From assembly GCA_012490745.1 (NCBI GenBank), contig GCA_012490745.1_3925.1: a DNA stretch of 64,000 nucleotides; one strand, written 5' to 3'. Shown piece by piece: positions 1-9,029 of the stretch. Numbering within the stretch: position 1 is the stretch's first letter; each line of letters starts with the position of its first letter. The position numbers and the translations under genes were made by a program. Under the pieces are notes generated by a model. It made no database searches, had not been told where the DNA came from, and was given only the letters and a program-made list of their open reading frames with translations. The stretch is from a phage.

Positions 1-84
1 GTACTTTACAAGGGGCTTATAGTTCGATAAAGTAAGCCCCAGATAAAGAGCTTTACCACTAAATCCTAAACTGGAGATTCAAAA
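1..84 (+). promoter_or_regulatory. Intergenic cassette family A: hairpin ggggcttat...taagcccc, then conserved leader agataaagagctttaccactaaatcctaaactGGAGattcaaaaATG
   Basis: Near-identical copies at 1675-1760, 2472-2557, 2807-2891 and a variant at 598-689; SD GGAG 8-9 nt before ATG; TTTACA-17nt-TAAAGT promoter-like spacing overlaps the hairpin. Confidence 0.6.
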
Positions 85-597
85 ATGAAAACTGTAGACG
101 CTACCTTTGAAGTTGTAAAAGAAAAATTTTCCATCATTTACGAAGCAGTTAATTGCTTTGAAGCAAGCCATAATCTTGATAATTGGGAATTTACAGATGA
201 CCATCAAGGCGGTGTGACGATTAAAAATCCTAGCTGTCAGCGTAATGAATTTAAATATGCAATCCCTTTACATTACAGCCTTAAACAGCTTTCAAGTGAC
301 TATGCAAAACAAGGCCGGGAAAACCCATCAAAAGAGGCTTACATCAGCTTACAGAAAGAACTAGAAAGAGATTTAGAGGCTTCAGAATATAACATCGCCG
401 CGAAAGTTGTAGATGCAAACGGTAGCACGGTTTTAGAGAGTTTTTATATTGGTTATGCTTTCGATTGGTGCTATCATGACGGCGATGATTTAGAGGATAG
501 ACTAAAAGAAGAGGTGAACAACGCAGACGCAGAATCTGAAGTATTAGAACGTTTGGAATCGTTGAAAGACTCAGTGATGAATATCTTTAAGAACTAA
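85..597 (+). CDS. hypothetical early protein (170 aa)
   Basis: ORF directly behind cassette with SD GGAG; acidic protein. Confidence 0.6.
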   Translation: MKTVDATFEVVKEKFSIIYEAVNCFEASHNLDNWEFTDDHQGGVTIKNPSCQRNEFKYAIPLHYSLKQLSSDYAKQGRENPSKEAYISLQKELERDLEASEYNIAAKVVDANGSTVLESFYIGYAFDWCYHDGDDLEDRLKEEVNNADAESEVLERLESLKDSVMNIFKN

Positions 598-689
598 ATA
601 GATTTCTTTACACGGGGTTATCAGACTGATAAGATAGCCCCAGATAAAGAGCTTTATTCAAATCAACCCTTAAACTAGGAGATTCTAAA
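598..689 (+). promoter_or_regulatory. Cassette family A variant (hairpin ggggttatcagactgataagatagcccc plus conserved leader)
   Basis: Shares agataaagagcttta...ctaaactaGGAGattctaaaATG with the other cassettes. Confidence 0.55.
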
Positions 690-986
690 ATGAAATTATC
701 AAATCAAGTGCGTGAGAATCTGAGCAAATTACTCAACAAAATTGATTTCATTGAAACATCAAGGAATAGTCATGATGTTATGGAATGGTTACACGGCAAA
801 ATAAAAGGCCGTCGTGTAGTGATTTGCTTATGGAACAGTTGCAGGGAGTATAAAAAACCTGTATTGCAAGTCAATATCTATGATGATACTTTTAAAAGCC
901 CTGTAAAGTCTAAAAACGACTTATTAGAATCCTATGAGATAACTGTAAGTGGCAAAGTATCACGTAAAGAGGAAACACCATGTTAA
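690..986 (+). CDS. hypothetical early protein (98 aa)
   Basis: ORF behind cassette, SD GGAG. Confidence 0.55.
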   Translation: MKLSNQVRENLSKLLNKIDFIETSRNSHDVMEWLHGKIKGRRVVICLWNSCREYKKPVLQVNIYDDTFKSPVKSKNDLLESYEITVSGKVSRKEETPC

Positions 987-1312
987 TGACTGGTATCACT
1001 GCAATCATTGCCATTTTCGCGCTATATAAGGCATATAAAGCCTATAATCTAGCAAATAAGGCAATCACACAGCAGGTTAGAAATAACCTTGTAGAGAGCT
1101 TTCTAGGGCGTCTCAGTGATGAGCAAATAAAGCGGCTAGAGATGAGCTTCAGATACAAAGCGAAAACCTATCAGATAAGTGACATCTTCAAAGATAATTT
1201 TCAGTTAGTTGATGATTATAATTCTCTGATAAATGCTTTAAATGTCAGTGACTTAAAAGACTACTACGCTGTAATTGTTCAAGAGTTGAGCAAACGAAAA
1301 CAAAACTGTTGA
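980..1312 (+). CDS. hypothetical early protein (110 aa), N-terminal hydrophobic segment
   Basis: ATG overlaps upstream stop (translational coupling), SD agaGGAaa; start could be ATG at 986. Confidence 0.5.
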   Translation: MLMTGITAIIAIFALYKAYKAYNLANKAITQQVRNNLVESFLGRLSDEQIKRLEMSFRYKAKTYQISDIFKDNFQLVDDYNSLINALNVSDLKDYYAVIVQELSKRKQNC

Positions 1313-1401
1313 CACTGGTTTTTAGATAGATTAAATTACACATCAACGGGGAGGGAATGACCTTCCCCACTAAATAAAGTCCTAAACTGGAGATTCTGAA
1401 A
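1309..1401 (+). promoter_or_regulatory. Cassette family B: TTGACA-17nt-TAAATT promoter, 5'UTR hairpin ggggagggaatgaccttcccc, conserved leader and SD
   Basis: Sigma70-like -35/-10 spacing; copies at 2170-2267 and 3745-3825 (latter has ttgtca). Confidence 0.6.
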
Positions 1402-1674
1402 ATGTATACTACTAACAACGGTCGCACCTTAAATGTCACCTTGCGTCACTATGTAGACGGTGTGATGTGCTTTGAAGATTTACGGGCTGAGCAACACATC
1501 TTAAATTGGCAAGTTGCAGGACTCCAAAAAACTGCTACAGGATACGGGAAAAAGATTCCAACCAGTTGGAAAGTACACTACGAAGGACGTTTGCGCAGAA
1601 TTTATCAGGATGTGCAAAGCAATAGCGCATCGAGTTACATTATAGTAAAAGGCAAAAAACTGCATTTAATGTAA
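1402..1674 (+). CDS. hypothetical early protein (90 aa)
   Basis: ORF behind cassette B. Confidence 0.55.
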   Translation: MYTTNNGRTLNVTLRHYVDGVMCFEDLRAEQHILNWQVAGLQKTATGYGKKIPTSWKVHYEGRLRRIYQDVQSNSASSYIIVKGKKLHLM

Positions 1675-1760
1675 AGTACTTTACAAGGGGCTTATAGTTC
1701 GATAAAGTAAGCCCCAGATAAAGAGCTTTACCACTAAATCCTAAATTGGAGAACTTAAAA
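1675..1760 (+). promoter_or_regulatory. Cassette family A copy
   Basis: Near-identical to 1-84. Confidence 0.6.
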
Positions 1761-2165
1761 ATGGCTATTAATAACCGTGAATTATCAATTTTAAAAGCAC
1801 GTTTGACCGTTAACCGGATTAATGTTATCACGTCATCAGCACCAGATGAAACACTGCAAAACATTATTGGGAAGATTCAAAGTGTTATCTTAGACGTTGA
1901 AAGCGTAAAAAATTCATTGGCTGACGTTGCAGCAGGTATCACACTAGACGGTGCGCAATATGAAATGTCCGACATGTTAGGCAAATCTAAGGTAATGAAT
2001 AAAGAGTTAGATTTGAAAATGTTCCGATTTGCTGTTAAAGTGTGGCTATCTGTCGAGTATGATGCTAACTTTGCAATCGCTGACTTTTTCGCCACTTGGT
2101 TGCAGCGTAATTTGACTAATCATGACTTCCGCGATATCTGTGATGCAATTTATGCAGAACTCTAA
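1761..2165 (+). CDS. hypothetical early protein (134 aa)
   Basis: ATG at 1761 sits at the conserved cassette position; the ORF-track start 1746 is a TTG inside the cassette. Confidence 0.55.
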   Translation: MAINNRELSILKARLTVNRINVITSSAPDETLQNIIGKIQSVILDVESVKNSLADVAAGITLDGAQYEMSDMLGKSKVMNKELDLKMFRFAVKVWLSVEYDANFAIADFFATWLQRNLTNHDFRDICDAIYAEL

Positions 2166-2169
2166 AAAA

Positions 2170-2267
2170 ATTTTGTTGACACTGGTTTTTAGATAGATTA
2201 AATTACACATCAACGGGGAGGGAATGACCTTCCCCACTAAATAAAGTCCTAAACTGGAGATTCAAAA
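2170..2267 (+). promoter_or_regulatory. Cassette family B copy
   Basis: TTGACA at 2175 plus 5'UTR hairpin, near-identical to 1309-1401. Confidence 0.6.
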
Positions 2268-2471
2268 ATGGCTATTATTAATGGTTTAACCATTGAAACT
2301 ACACACATCAAAGATATCAAAGTTGGCGATATAGTCCTTTCCCACGGCGTAGAAAAAACTGTCACTGCAAAGGATATCAAAGAGGATTCTTTCATGGGTA
2401 GGACTCTCTTCGGTGATTCTTATTGCTTAGGCTATCTTGCAGTTTTAAAAGTTGTCAAAAATAACAAATAA
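2268..2471 (+). CDS. hypothetical early protein (67 aa)
   Basis: ORF behind cassette B. Confidence 0.5.
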   Translation: MAIINGLTIETTHIKDIKVGDIVLSHGVEKTVTAKDIKEDSFMGRTLFGDSYCLGYLAVLKVVKNNK

Positions 2472-2557
2472 AGTACTTTACAAGGGGCTTAAAAGTTGAT
2501 AACTTAAGCCCCAGATAAAGAGCTTTACCACTAAATCCTAAACTGGAGATTCTAAAA
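2472..2557 (+). promoter_or_regulatory. Cassette family A copy (hairpin loop variant)
   Basis: Stem ggggctta/taagcccc conserved, loop differs. Confidence 0.55.
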
Positions 2558-2806
2558 ATGATGAACTACTTTAACATTCCCGATACCTGTAGATTATTGA
2601 CACAAGAAGAAAATTTGGGTAAACCTTTCATTTACCACATGCCAGATAACACGGCAAAAACTTATAGTTACAATGTTAACCGTTTCACCGCATACGCTGC
2701 AAAGAACGGCTATAGGTTGGTTACTCAAAAAGTAATGCTGGTTACAACTGCTGGCGAGATTCCTACAGTTGCAGTCAAACTAGTTTTCTCAAAGAAAGTT
2801 AAATAA
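2558..2806 (+). CDS. hypothetical early protein (82 aa)
   Basis: ORF behind cassette A. Confidence 0.5.
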   Translation: MMNYFNIPDTCRLLTQEENLGKPFIYHMPDNTAKTYSYNVNRFTAYAAKNGYRLVTQKVMLVTTAGEIPTVAVKLVFSKKVK

Positions 2807-2891
2807 AGTACTTTACAAGGGGCTTATAGTTCGATAAAGTAAGCCCCAGATAAAGAGCTTTACTACTCAATCCTAAACTGGAGATTCAAAA
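2807..2891 (+). promoter_or_regulatory. Cassette family A copy
   Basis: Near-identical to 1-84. Confidence 0.6.
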
Positions 2892-3434
2892 ATGAAATGT
2901 TATCACGGAACTACTCAAGAAAATTTCCTCAACCTGATTAATAACGGTGATAAACCATCAGGCGCATGGAATTGTTCGGATATGGACGGCAATTTTTACG
3001 TGTATCCAGAAAATAAAATCTATGGCGACGATGATGAAGAGATAACATCGGAGGGCATTCAGCAAGCTCTAGGGAACGCCACTATTACGGCGGCCTTCCA
3101 GATGAAAACCCAAAATATTGTTATCTTAGAACTCGATATTCCAGATGATGAGCTAAATGATGATTATTCTTGTGATAATATGTCGAGTGTAGCAAGTTTT
3201 ACAGAGTACTTTGATGTAAACTGGATTAAAAAGGTCTATACAACAGAGTTTAACGCTATGTATTCGCCTTTTTGTCTTCCTTCACTGGATAACCCAAATA
3301 TGAACTATCTTGATGAGACATTAGAACTACTTGCTAAAAGTGTTCAACAGTCGGACAGTATTCAGGTTTTTTGTGACATCATGGATACACTGACAGGAAA
3401 CATCGCAGAAGAGGATTTAAAGAGCTTTTTCTAA
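2892..3434 (+). CDS. hypothetical early protein (180 aa)
   Basis: ORF behind cassette A. Confidence 0.55.
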   Translation: MKCYHGTTQENFLNLINNGDKPSGAWNCSDMDGNFYVYPENKIYGDDDEEITSEGIQQALGNATITAAFQMKTQNIVILELDIPDDELNDDYSCDNMSSVASFTEYFDVNWIKKVYTTEFNAMYSPFCLPSLDNPNMNYLDETLELLAKSVQQSDSIQVFCDIMDTLTGNIAEEDLKSFF

Positions 3435-3466
3435 AAACCTATGCAATCACCTTATAAACACTATTT

Positions 3467-3486
3467 AGCCCCTTACAGGGGCTTTT
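3467..3486 (+). terminator. Rho-independent terminator-like hairpin agcccctt-aca-ggggct followed by T run
   Basis: GC stem plus tttt downstream of the 2892-3434 stop. Confidence 0.5.
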
Positions 3487-3500
3487 GGGAGGCTTAAATC

Positions 3501-3734
3501 ATGCTTACAACCGTTTACCTCATCCTTTCTATTTGTAACGGTCATTCATGCGATTTTAAAGGGCTTGAAGAGTTTACAGGAAGTAAAGAAAATGCTATTC
3601 AAGTTTGCCAGATAGCAAGACAAGACTATCCCGCTAGTGATGATATACAATGTTACTTTAAGACAGAAGATGAAGACGGTATCTATTTTGACAGCGTAGA
3701 TGGTCAGTATGAAATTATCATTGAAAAAGACTAG
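3501..3734 (+). CDS. hypothetical early protein (77 aa)
   Basis: ORF with SD gGGAGG; Cys-containing small protein. Confidence 0.5.
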   Translation: MLTTVYLILSICNGHSCDFKGLEEFTGSKENAIQVCQIARQDYPASDDIQCYFKTEDEDGIYFDSVDGQYEIIIEKD

Positions 3735-3744
3735 ACAAGCCTGA

Positions 3745-3825
3745 TAAAAATCTGTAAATTGTCAATCAACGGGGAGGGAATGACCTTCCCCACTAAGTAC
3801 AATCCTTAAACTAGGAGATTCAAAA
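3745..3825 (+). promoter_or_regulatory. Cassette family B copy (ttgtca variant)
   Basis: 5'UTR hairpin ggggagggaatgaccttcccc plus conserved leader. Confidence 0.5.
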
Positions 3826-4167
3826 ATGGCTTATGTAACCGTAATTACCGATAAAGAAAATTCATCTTGGTCAACTCAAGTAAGTGATAAGATGTCACCT
3901 ATGCAGTGCCTAAAATACTTTGAGCAGTGGAACAAAGGCGAGGATGTCAGCCCCTTTCAAGTGATGCAAATCATCCATACAGATAACGAAGGGAATAAAA
4001 CGGTTTTAAATAGTGAGTACTACGCAAGCCGTTTTGAAACTAGAAGTAAAACAATGAAGCTTTTACGTGAATCCGGTTATGCCCATATCGCCGCGCTAAT
4101 CTGGGATGACCTGCTAAAAAGACAGCGTATCAGCTATGTAAAACCTGAAAAAATATTCATCAGTTAA
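3826..4167 (+). CDS. hypothetical early protein (113 aa)
   Basis: ORF behind cassette. Confidence 0.55.
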   Translation: MAYVTVITDKENSSWSTQVSDKMSPMQCLKYFEQWNKGEDVSPFQVMQIIHTDNEGNKTVLNSEYYASRFETRSKTMKLLRESGYAHIAALIWDDLLKRQRISYVKPEKIFIS

Positions 4168-4189
4168 TCAATAACTTACAAAAAACTTT

Positions 4190-4386
4190 TAAAAAAGTGT
4201 TGACAATACCCATTGACATTGGTAACTTTGTTCGAGGGGGTTATCTAAAAGGGATTCACTTAAAAGATTCTTTATAGATAAGCTTAAAAAATTGCTTGCA
4301 ATCAGCTATCAAAACAAGTAAATTACTAATCAACGGGAGGGATGACCTCCCCACTAAATAAAAATCCTTAAACTAGGAGAGTCAAA
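4190..4386 (+). promoter_or_regulatory. Composite region: tandem TTGACA boxes (gttgacaatacccattgacattgg), hairpin gggagggatgacctcccc, conserved leader
   Basis: Two -35-like hexamers 14 nt apart, then family C cassette (taaattactaatcaacgggagg...). Confidence 0.5.
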
Positions 4387-4917
4387 ATGAACAAGTTTAA
4401 AGCTATCAACTTCATTCGTTCAAATGCTGTAATGTCTAAGCCTGTAAAAGATACATATGAATTCCGTTGTAATGGGGTACATTTCGCAACAATCACCAAA
4501 TCAGAAAACGGGGCTTATTACGTTCATCGTCGTAATGTCTCAACCGTTGTAGTCTCTCACTTTATGCAAGCTGTAGCGGAATTATTACCGTTATTCTTAG
4601 AGATTTATCTAGATGAGTGTAAAAACGTTCACAACCACGTTAAAAACCTTTTAAACGGTTATAAAATGGCTTATGAACGTTCTATCAAGTCACTAAACAA
4701 GTTTTACAATGCACCTGCAAATACTGTTTCAATGGCTTATGATGTAAACGGTGAGTTAGTTAGTCTCTTTAAAGTGGAAGAAATTAAACTGTATAATTTA
4801 CGTCCTAGTGGTTACTCTAAGACTCTTGGTGAAGGTTTAACGTTCAATATCAAGAACTTAGAAAAAACTTTAAAAGATATTGAAAAAGATATTGACGAGA
4901 CAATCAAAAGTCTGTAA
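4387..4917 (+). CDS. hypothetical early protein (176 aa)
   Basis: ORF behind cassette, SD aGGAGa. Confidence 0.55.
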   Translation: MNKFKAINFIRSNAVMSKPVKDTYEFRCNGVHFATITKSENGAYYVHRRNVSTVVVSHFMQAVAELLPLFLEIYLDECKNVHNHVKNLLNGYKMAYERSIKSLNKFYNAPANTVSMAYDVNGELVSLFKVEEIKLYNLRPSGYSKTLGEGLTFNIKNLEKTLKDIEKDIDETIKSL

Positions 4918-4982
4918 ATTACTAATCAACGGGAGGCGATAACCTCCCCACTAAATAAAACCCTTAAACTAGGAGATTCAAG
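4918..4982 (+). promoter_or_regulatory. Cassette family C (taaattactaatcaacgggaggNgatNacctcccc...ctaGGAGattcaaNATG)
   Basis: Copies at 4310-4386 and 5247-5311. Confidence 0.55.
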
Positions 4983-5246
4983 ATGGAAAACGTAGAATTA
5001 ACCACACTTTTACAAATTGCAACCGACAAAGAAGATGTAGCATTATTTCACCGTATTGAAAGTGATTTGTTCAATGGTGAAATCATCAAAGAATCTTACG
5101 AAGTTGTCGGATTCAAAGATGGTAAAGCGTTTGGCTTTTTTGACCTCGATAAAGGCAACGCTGTTACAAAATATGATGTTTTATCTTGTGAGATTCTTAC
5201 AAAATACAACGAAAAAAGGCTTGCAACATACGCCAATATGCAGTAA
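4983..5246 (+). CDS. hypothetical early protein (87 aa)
   Basis: ORF behind cassette C. Confidence 0.5.
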   Translation: MENVELTTLLQIATDKEDVALFHRIESDLFNGEIIKESYEVVGFKDGKAFGFFDLDKGNAVTKYDVLSCEILTKYNEKRLATYANMQ

Positions 5247-5311
5247 ATTACTAATCAACGGGAGGGATGACCTCCCCACTAAATAAAACCCTTAAACTAG
5301 GAGATTCAAAA
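5247..5311 (+). promoter_or_regulatory. Cassette family C copy
   Basis: Near-identical to 4918-4982. Confidence 0.55.
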
Positions 5312-5560
5312 ATGGCAACTATCCGCGCTACTGTTAACGAGTTCGGTTTTTCCTCTCTGGATGTTAAATTTGACATTGCAGGCACTGATAACGCCTTTGA
5401 AATGGTGAAATGTCTTATCAGTCAGACCATCAAAGACTATAATCCTTCGGATGAGTTCTGGGAGGAAACAAAACAAGAAGTTCTCAAGGATGGTTATACT
5501 TATCACTATTGGGGAGAAAAAATCGTCTCCCTGTACTACAACAAACAAGATTATAACTAA
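5312..5560 (+). CDS. hypothetical early protein (82 aa)
   Basis: ATG at the conserved cassette position; the ORF-track start 5267 reads through the cassette. Confidence 0.55.
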   Translation: MATIRATVNEFGFSSLDVKFDIAGTDNAFEMVKCLISQTIKDYNPSDEFWEETKQEVLKDGYTYHYWGEKIVSLYYNKQDYN

Positions 5561-5598
5561 TCGACGCAGCGGGGCTATTTAGCCCCAGATACCCTAAC

Positions 5599-5623
5599 AG
5601 CCCCTATTTAAAGGGGCTTTTTT
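5599..5623 (+). terminator. Rho-independent terminator (agcccct-attta-aaggggct + ttttt); a second hairpin at 5571-5586
   Basis: GC stem-loop followed by T run after the last early gene. Confidence 0.6.
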
Positions 5624-5625
5624 AC

Positions 5626-7236
5626 GTCTATCGAATCCTTATACAATCCCTTTCCCTCACCTTTCCAGAATCTTATCAGACCTTAAAAGCAATAACTCTA
5701 TAGTCTACTCTATAACCTCTTATCAAATCAACTTAAATATAAGCCCATAACCCGAAAGGGAAGGGCAACCCCTTAAACGCTCTATAACGCCCTATAACAG
5801 CCTTATCAACCTAACTTAAGGGGTTGCATTAACTCACCCTAAAAAGCCCTTCCTAGAGCTTCCTAGAACCTTAAAAGAATCTTATAAGGGTGTAAGCTTT
5901 ATTATCTCGTTAGCTATCTTGTGAACTACTAAACAAGCCCCTTGATAGTAACTGAAAAGTATGTTATAGGGGCTATAAAGTTACTTCAAAGTTGCTTAAA
6001 AGTTACGTAAATGCTAGCCCCCTTAACATTTTCTTAACAATTTCTTAACAAACCCTACATAGTTATGCTTTTAAGGCACTTGTTAGCAACTTGTTAGCCC
6101 CTTGTTAAATCTCTGTCAAGACCACGTAAAAGCCTTGTAAGAACCTTTGACATAGTCTTTAAAGCCCCTGTAAAGCCCTATAAAGAGGTATCTGTACAGT
6201 TGGGGTGTAATTACTAGGAAGAGGCTTAAAAGAGCTTACAAGGGGCTATAGAGAGCTTTTAAGAGGGCTATTTAGAGAATCACTAAGAAAGAGAGGGAAC
6301 GATAAGAAAAGAGATAGTGACCATGTTAATAGCTTGTTAAAAAGATTAAACACTTGTTAGAAACTTGTTAATTATCTTAACAAAATAACTCTTAAAAATT
6401 AACTTGTTAGCTCTTGTTAGTCATCTGTTAAGACTCTGTAAAGACCATGTATCGTCTGTTAAGAAACTGTTAAGCCCTTGTTAGTTATGTTAAGAATCTG
6501 TTAAGACCTCTGAAGAGATGTTAAGAGATTGAGAGAGTTGTTAAGAGATTGTTAAGGATATTTTAAAATTCTGCAAAGTACTTGTAAGGGAGCTGTTAAG
6601 GGCTACCAAGCAGATATACATCTTCTACAGATATTTTTCAGTTCCTTCAAAGACCCTAAAAAATGACTTGATAGTCCTATTTTATAAAAATTTTAAAAAT
6701 CTGAATAATTACCTATACAGTCTTTCTAAAATACAGGTAATAACAGGCTTATAAGATACCTTGTTAGTACCGTGTTAGACCTTGTGAGATAAGGTCTGTA
6801 AAGATATTCCTGTTAAGTTTGTTAAAACAGTCTATATAGAGGCTTAGTAGCACCTAGTGAACACCTATAGAGAGTATCATAGCTGACATAATGGGTTACT
6901 GTTAAGTAACACAGATAACCTAGAGATTAAGAGGTGTATAGGAGCTTCTAAGAGAGTGTAGAGAGATGGTTAAGGTGATTGTATAGGTTGTTAAGAAGGC
7001 TTGTTAGAAGAGTGTTTAGAGGGCTATTTAGAAGGGCTATACAGAGGGCTATTAAGACCACTAGATAGTTACTAAGATACTATATAGTACTATATAACTA
7101 TATAGAGAGTAAGATTAAGAAGGTTGTTAAGAAGGGTAGATATTTTATTCACATATGATGGTGACCCAGAGGTTGGGACAACCGATAAAATTTTACTCAA
7201 TAAAAAGCCCCCGATTAAGGAGGCTCTTAAGATATT
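5626..7236. repeat. ORF-free region dense in short direct repeats (CTTGTTAG / CTGTTAAG / TGTTAAGA and GGGCTAT(T/A)(T/A)AGA families)
   Basis: No ORF of 60 aa or more on either strand in the track; dozens of 7-9 nt repeat copies, clustered at 6000-6600. Confidence 0.7.
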
Positions 7237-7860
7237 TTAAATCAGTGTTTCCAGAACTGTTTTTAGGGATGACTTGGTTGTCTGATAAAAATGAGTGAAT
7301 CCGTTGTTGTTATCGAATATCTGCATCATGATATCATCTCCCTTGATTGGGTACACTCGGATATCATAGTGAAAACCATTAAAGACACAAGAACCACTAC
7401 AGAATGCACTAAAGTCAGCCACTGAGATATACTCTTCATGTCCTGTGATTTTTATACAAACACCTTTACTCGGTCTCTTAGGGTTGATATCTTCCATCAC
7501 AGACATACTCTGTCCACCAAGAGATACCATAGTGACCACTTTACGGTTCTTCTGTTTAAAGTACATCTTAACTTTCTGCAAAGTGTCTTCATAGAATGGA
7601 TAAGACCTTTCTACAAAGATTCCTTCAAGTGGCTCTTTACCATTTTCAACTTCTCGGTTATGCCGTACTGCAAAGATAATTTGTTCGAACCAGTCAAGAT
7701 TTTCTTCGGAGAGTGCTTCCCGAACATCCTTCCAGTCAAGTACTAAGTAGTTACCTTCAACTTCTTTTAAGTTATCTTTTTCCATATCTATCACACCATT
7801 ATCGTAAAACTTGATATTCTGGTACTGCGAATTTATTACTATTGTTCTTGATGAGGTCAT
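7237..7860 (-). CDS. hypothetical protein (up to 207 aa; true start probably an internal Met near 7785)
   Basis: Long ORF; its 5' end overlaps the upstream gene by 62 nt. Confidence 0.5.
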   Translation of the reverse strand: MTSSRTIVINSQYQNIKFYDNGVIDMEKDNLKEVEGNYLVLDWKDVREALSEENLDWFEQIIFAVRHNREVENGKEPLEGIFVERSYPFYEDTLQKVKMYFKQKNRKVVTMVSLGGQSMSVMEDINPKRPSKGVCIKITGHEEYISVADFSAFCSGSCVFNGFHYDIRVYPIKGDDIMMQIFDNNNGFTHFYQTTKSSLKTVLETLI

Positions 7861-8263
7861 CCTCTGAAACTAAAAATGTAATACCACATAAGTGTCTGTA
7901 ACGACTATCATACTCGAATATCTTAAACAGATATTTACCATCATGATAAACCTGTTGCACTTCACCTTCTGCAACAATCTCGCCTGTAATAAAATTTTTT
8001 AGTTTATATACATTACCAACTTTAGGTACTGTTTTCATCTCAGGCTCTTTTAGTGCTACACCTATTTTTGCATCACCGAGTAAATGAGAACTCTCAAAAG
8101 CTACGTGTTTCATATAAGCTTCTGAGCATTCCCAAATAAAACAGTGTACAAGAACCTTAGCAGCATGTCTTGAGCAGTTCAACTTATCACAAATTTCTGT
8201 GTACATCTCATCTTTAGTAGAATTGTCAAGCATTGCTCTTTGCACTACTTCTTTAATTTTCAT
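7799..8263 (-). CDS. hypothetical protein (154 aa)
   Basis: ORF in a co-directional minus-strand block. Confidence 0.5.
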   Translation of the reverse strand: MKIKEVVQRAMLDNSTKDEMYTEICDKLNCSRHAAKVLVHCFIWECSEAYMKHVAFESSHLLGDAKIGVALKEPEMKTVPKVGNVYKLKNFITGEIVAEGEVQQVYHDGKYLFKIFEYDSRYRHLCGITFLVSEDDLIKNNSNKFAVPEYQVLR

Positions 8264-8675
8264 AAGCTCTCCGAATAACCCTATTAAGCATCTCTAAAGT
8301 CAGCTTTCCAGATTCTAAATGCGGCATAACAAGCTTTAAAGCTTTTTCAACATCATGCACAATATCAATTATACCTTCTTCATAGGCTTCTACGAGGATA
8401 TCTTTTACACCGATATAGCCTTCATTGATAAGGATTTGCATATCAAAATCTTCTGATTGCTTGTTTAACTTACCTCTCCAATACCCATCAGCATTAAAAG
8501 ATATCACTTCACATTCTTTAAAATCCATATCATCTGCGTTGAATGGAGTAATTATTGTGCATTGGATTGGATACTCTACACCAGTGTCGTCAACATCAAA
8601 GACCTTCACAGAAGTAAGTGGTTTCTTTGTTTTAGAGCAGTAAACTGTCAATCTTTTACCAATAAGCTCTTTCAT
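8253..8675 (-). CDS. hypothetical protein (140 aa)
   Basis: ORF, tight packing with neighbours. Confidence 0.5.
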   Translation of the reverse strand: MKELIGKRLTVYCSKTKKPLTSVKVFDVDDTGVEYPIQCTIITPFNADDMDFKECEVISFNADGYWRGKLNKQSEDFDMQILINEGYIGVKDILVEAYEEGIIDIVHDVEKALKLVMPHLESGKLTLEMLNRVIRRAYEN

Positions 8676-8728
8676 TTCGCTACCTTCTAAGTTCCTACAA
8701 AGGGGCTATCAAGTAACCCCTCAAGCTA

Positions 8729-8953
8729 TTACTCAGACTTTTCAGTCTTCTTATCGGATTTCTTGCTAGTCTTCTTCTCAGCTTTCTGTTCAGGCTCCTT
8801 CTCAGAAGTTGCCTTAATAACCATATCAAGAAGCTCTGATAAGTCACTCTTCAGCAAAGTAACAGGTTGCTCGTTGTAGAAGTTTTTGTCAAGATAAACT
8901 TTGAACTCTTCAATAGATGGAAATCCAAAAATTGGTACAGGTGTCTTAATCAT
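8729..8953 (-). CDS. hypothetical protein (74 aa), Lys/Glu-rich C-terminus
   Basis: ORF. Confidence 0.4.
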   Translation of the reverse strand: MIKTPVPIFGFPSIEEFKVYLDKNFYNEQPVTLLKSDLSELLDMVIKATSEKEPEQKAEKKTSKKSDKKTEKSE

Positions 8954-9029
8954 TACTTAGTTTCTCCATAGGCATCTTTTAAGATTGCCTTGTTAATCAT
9001 TTCAGCGATTGCAAAACGAACACATACAG

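Noticed and set aside
1245-1439. 64-aa minus-strand ORF
   Set aside because: It spans a cassette B promoter/hairpin and the start of a plus-strand gene; antisense to conserved regulatory sequence.
5626-7236. Possible CRISPR array in the repeat-dense non-coding region
   Set aside because: Repeats are only 7-9 nt, degenerate and irregularly spaced; there are no 25-40-nt direct repeats separated by unique spacers and no cas genes.
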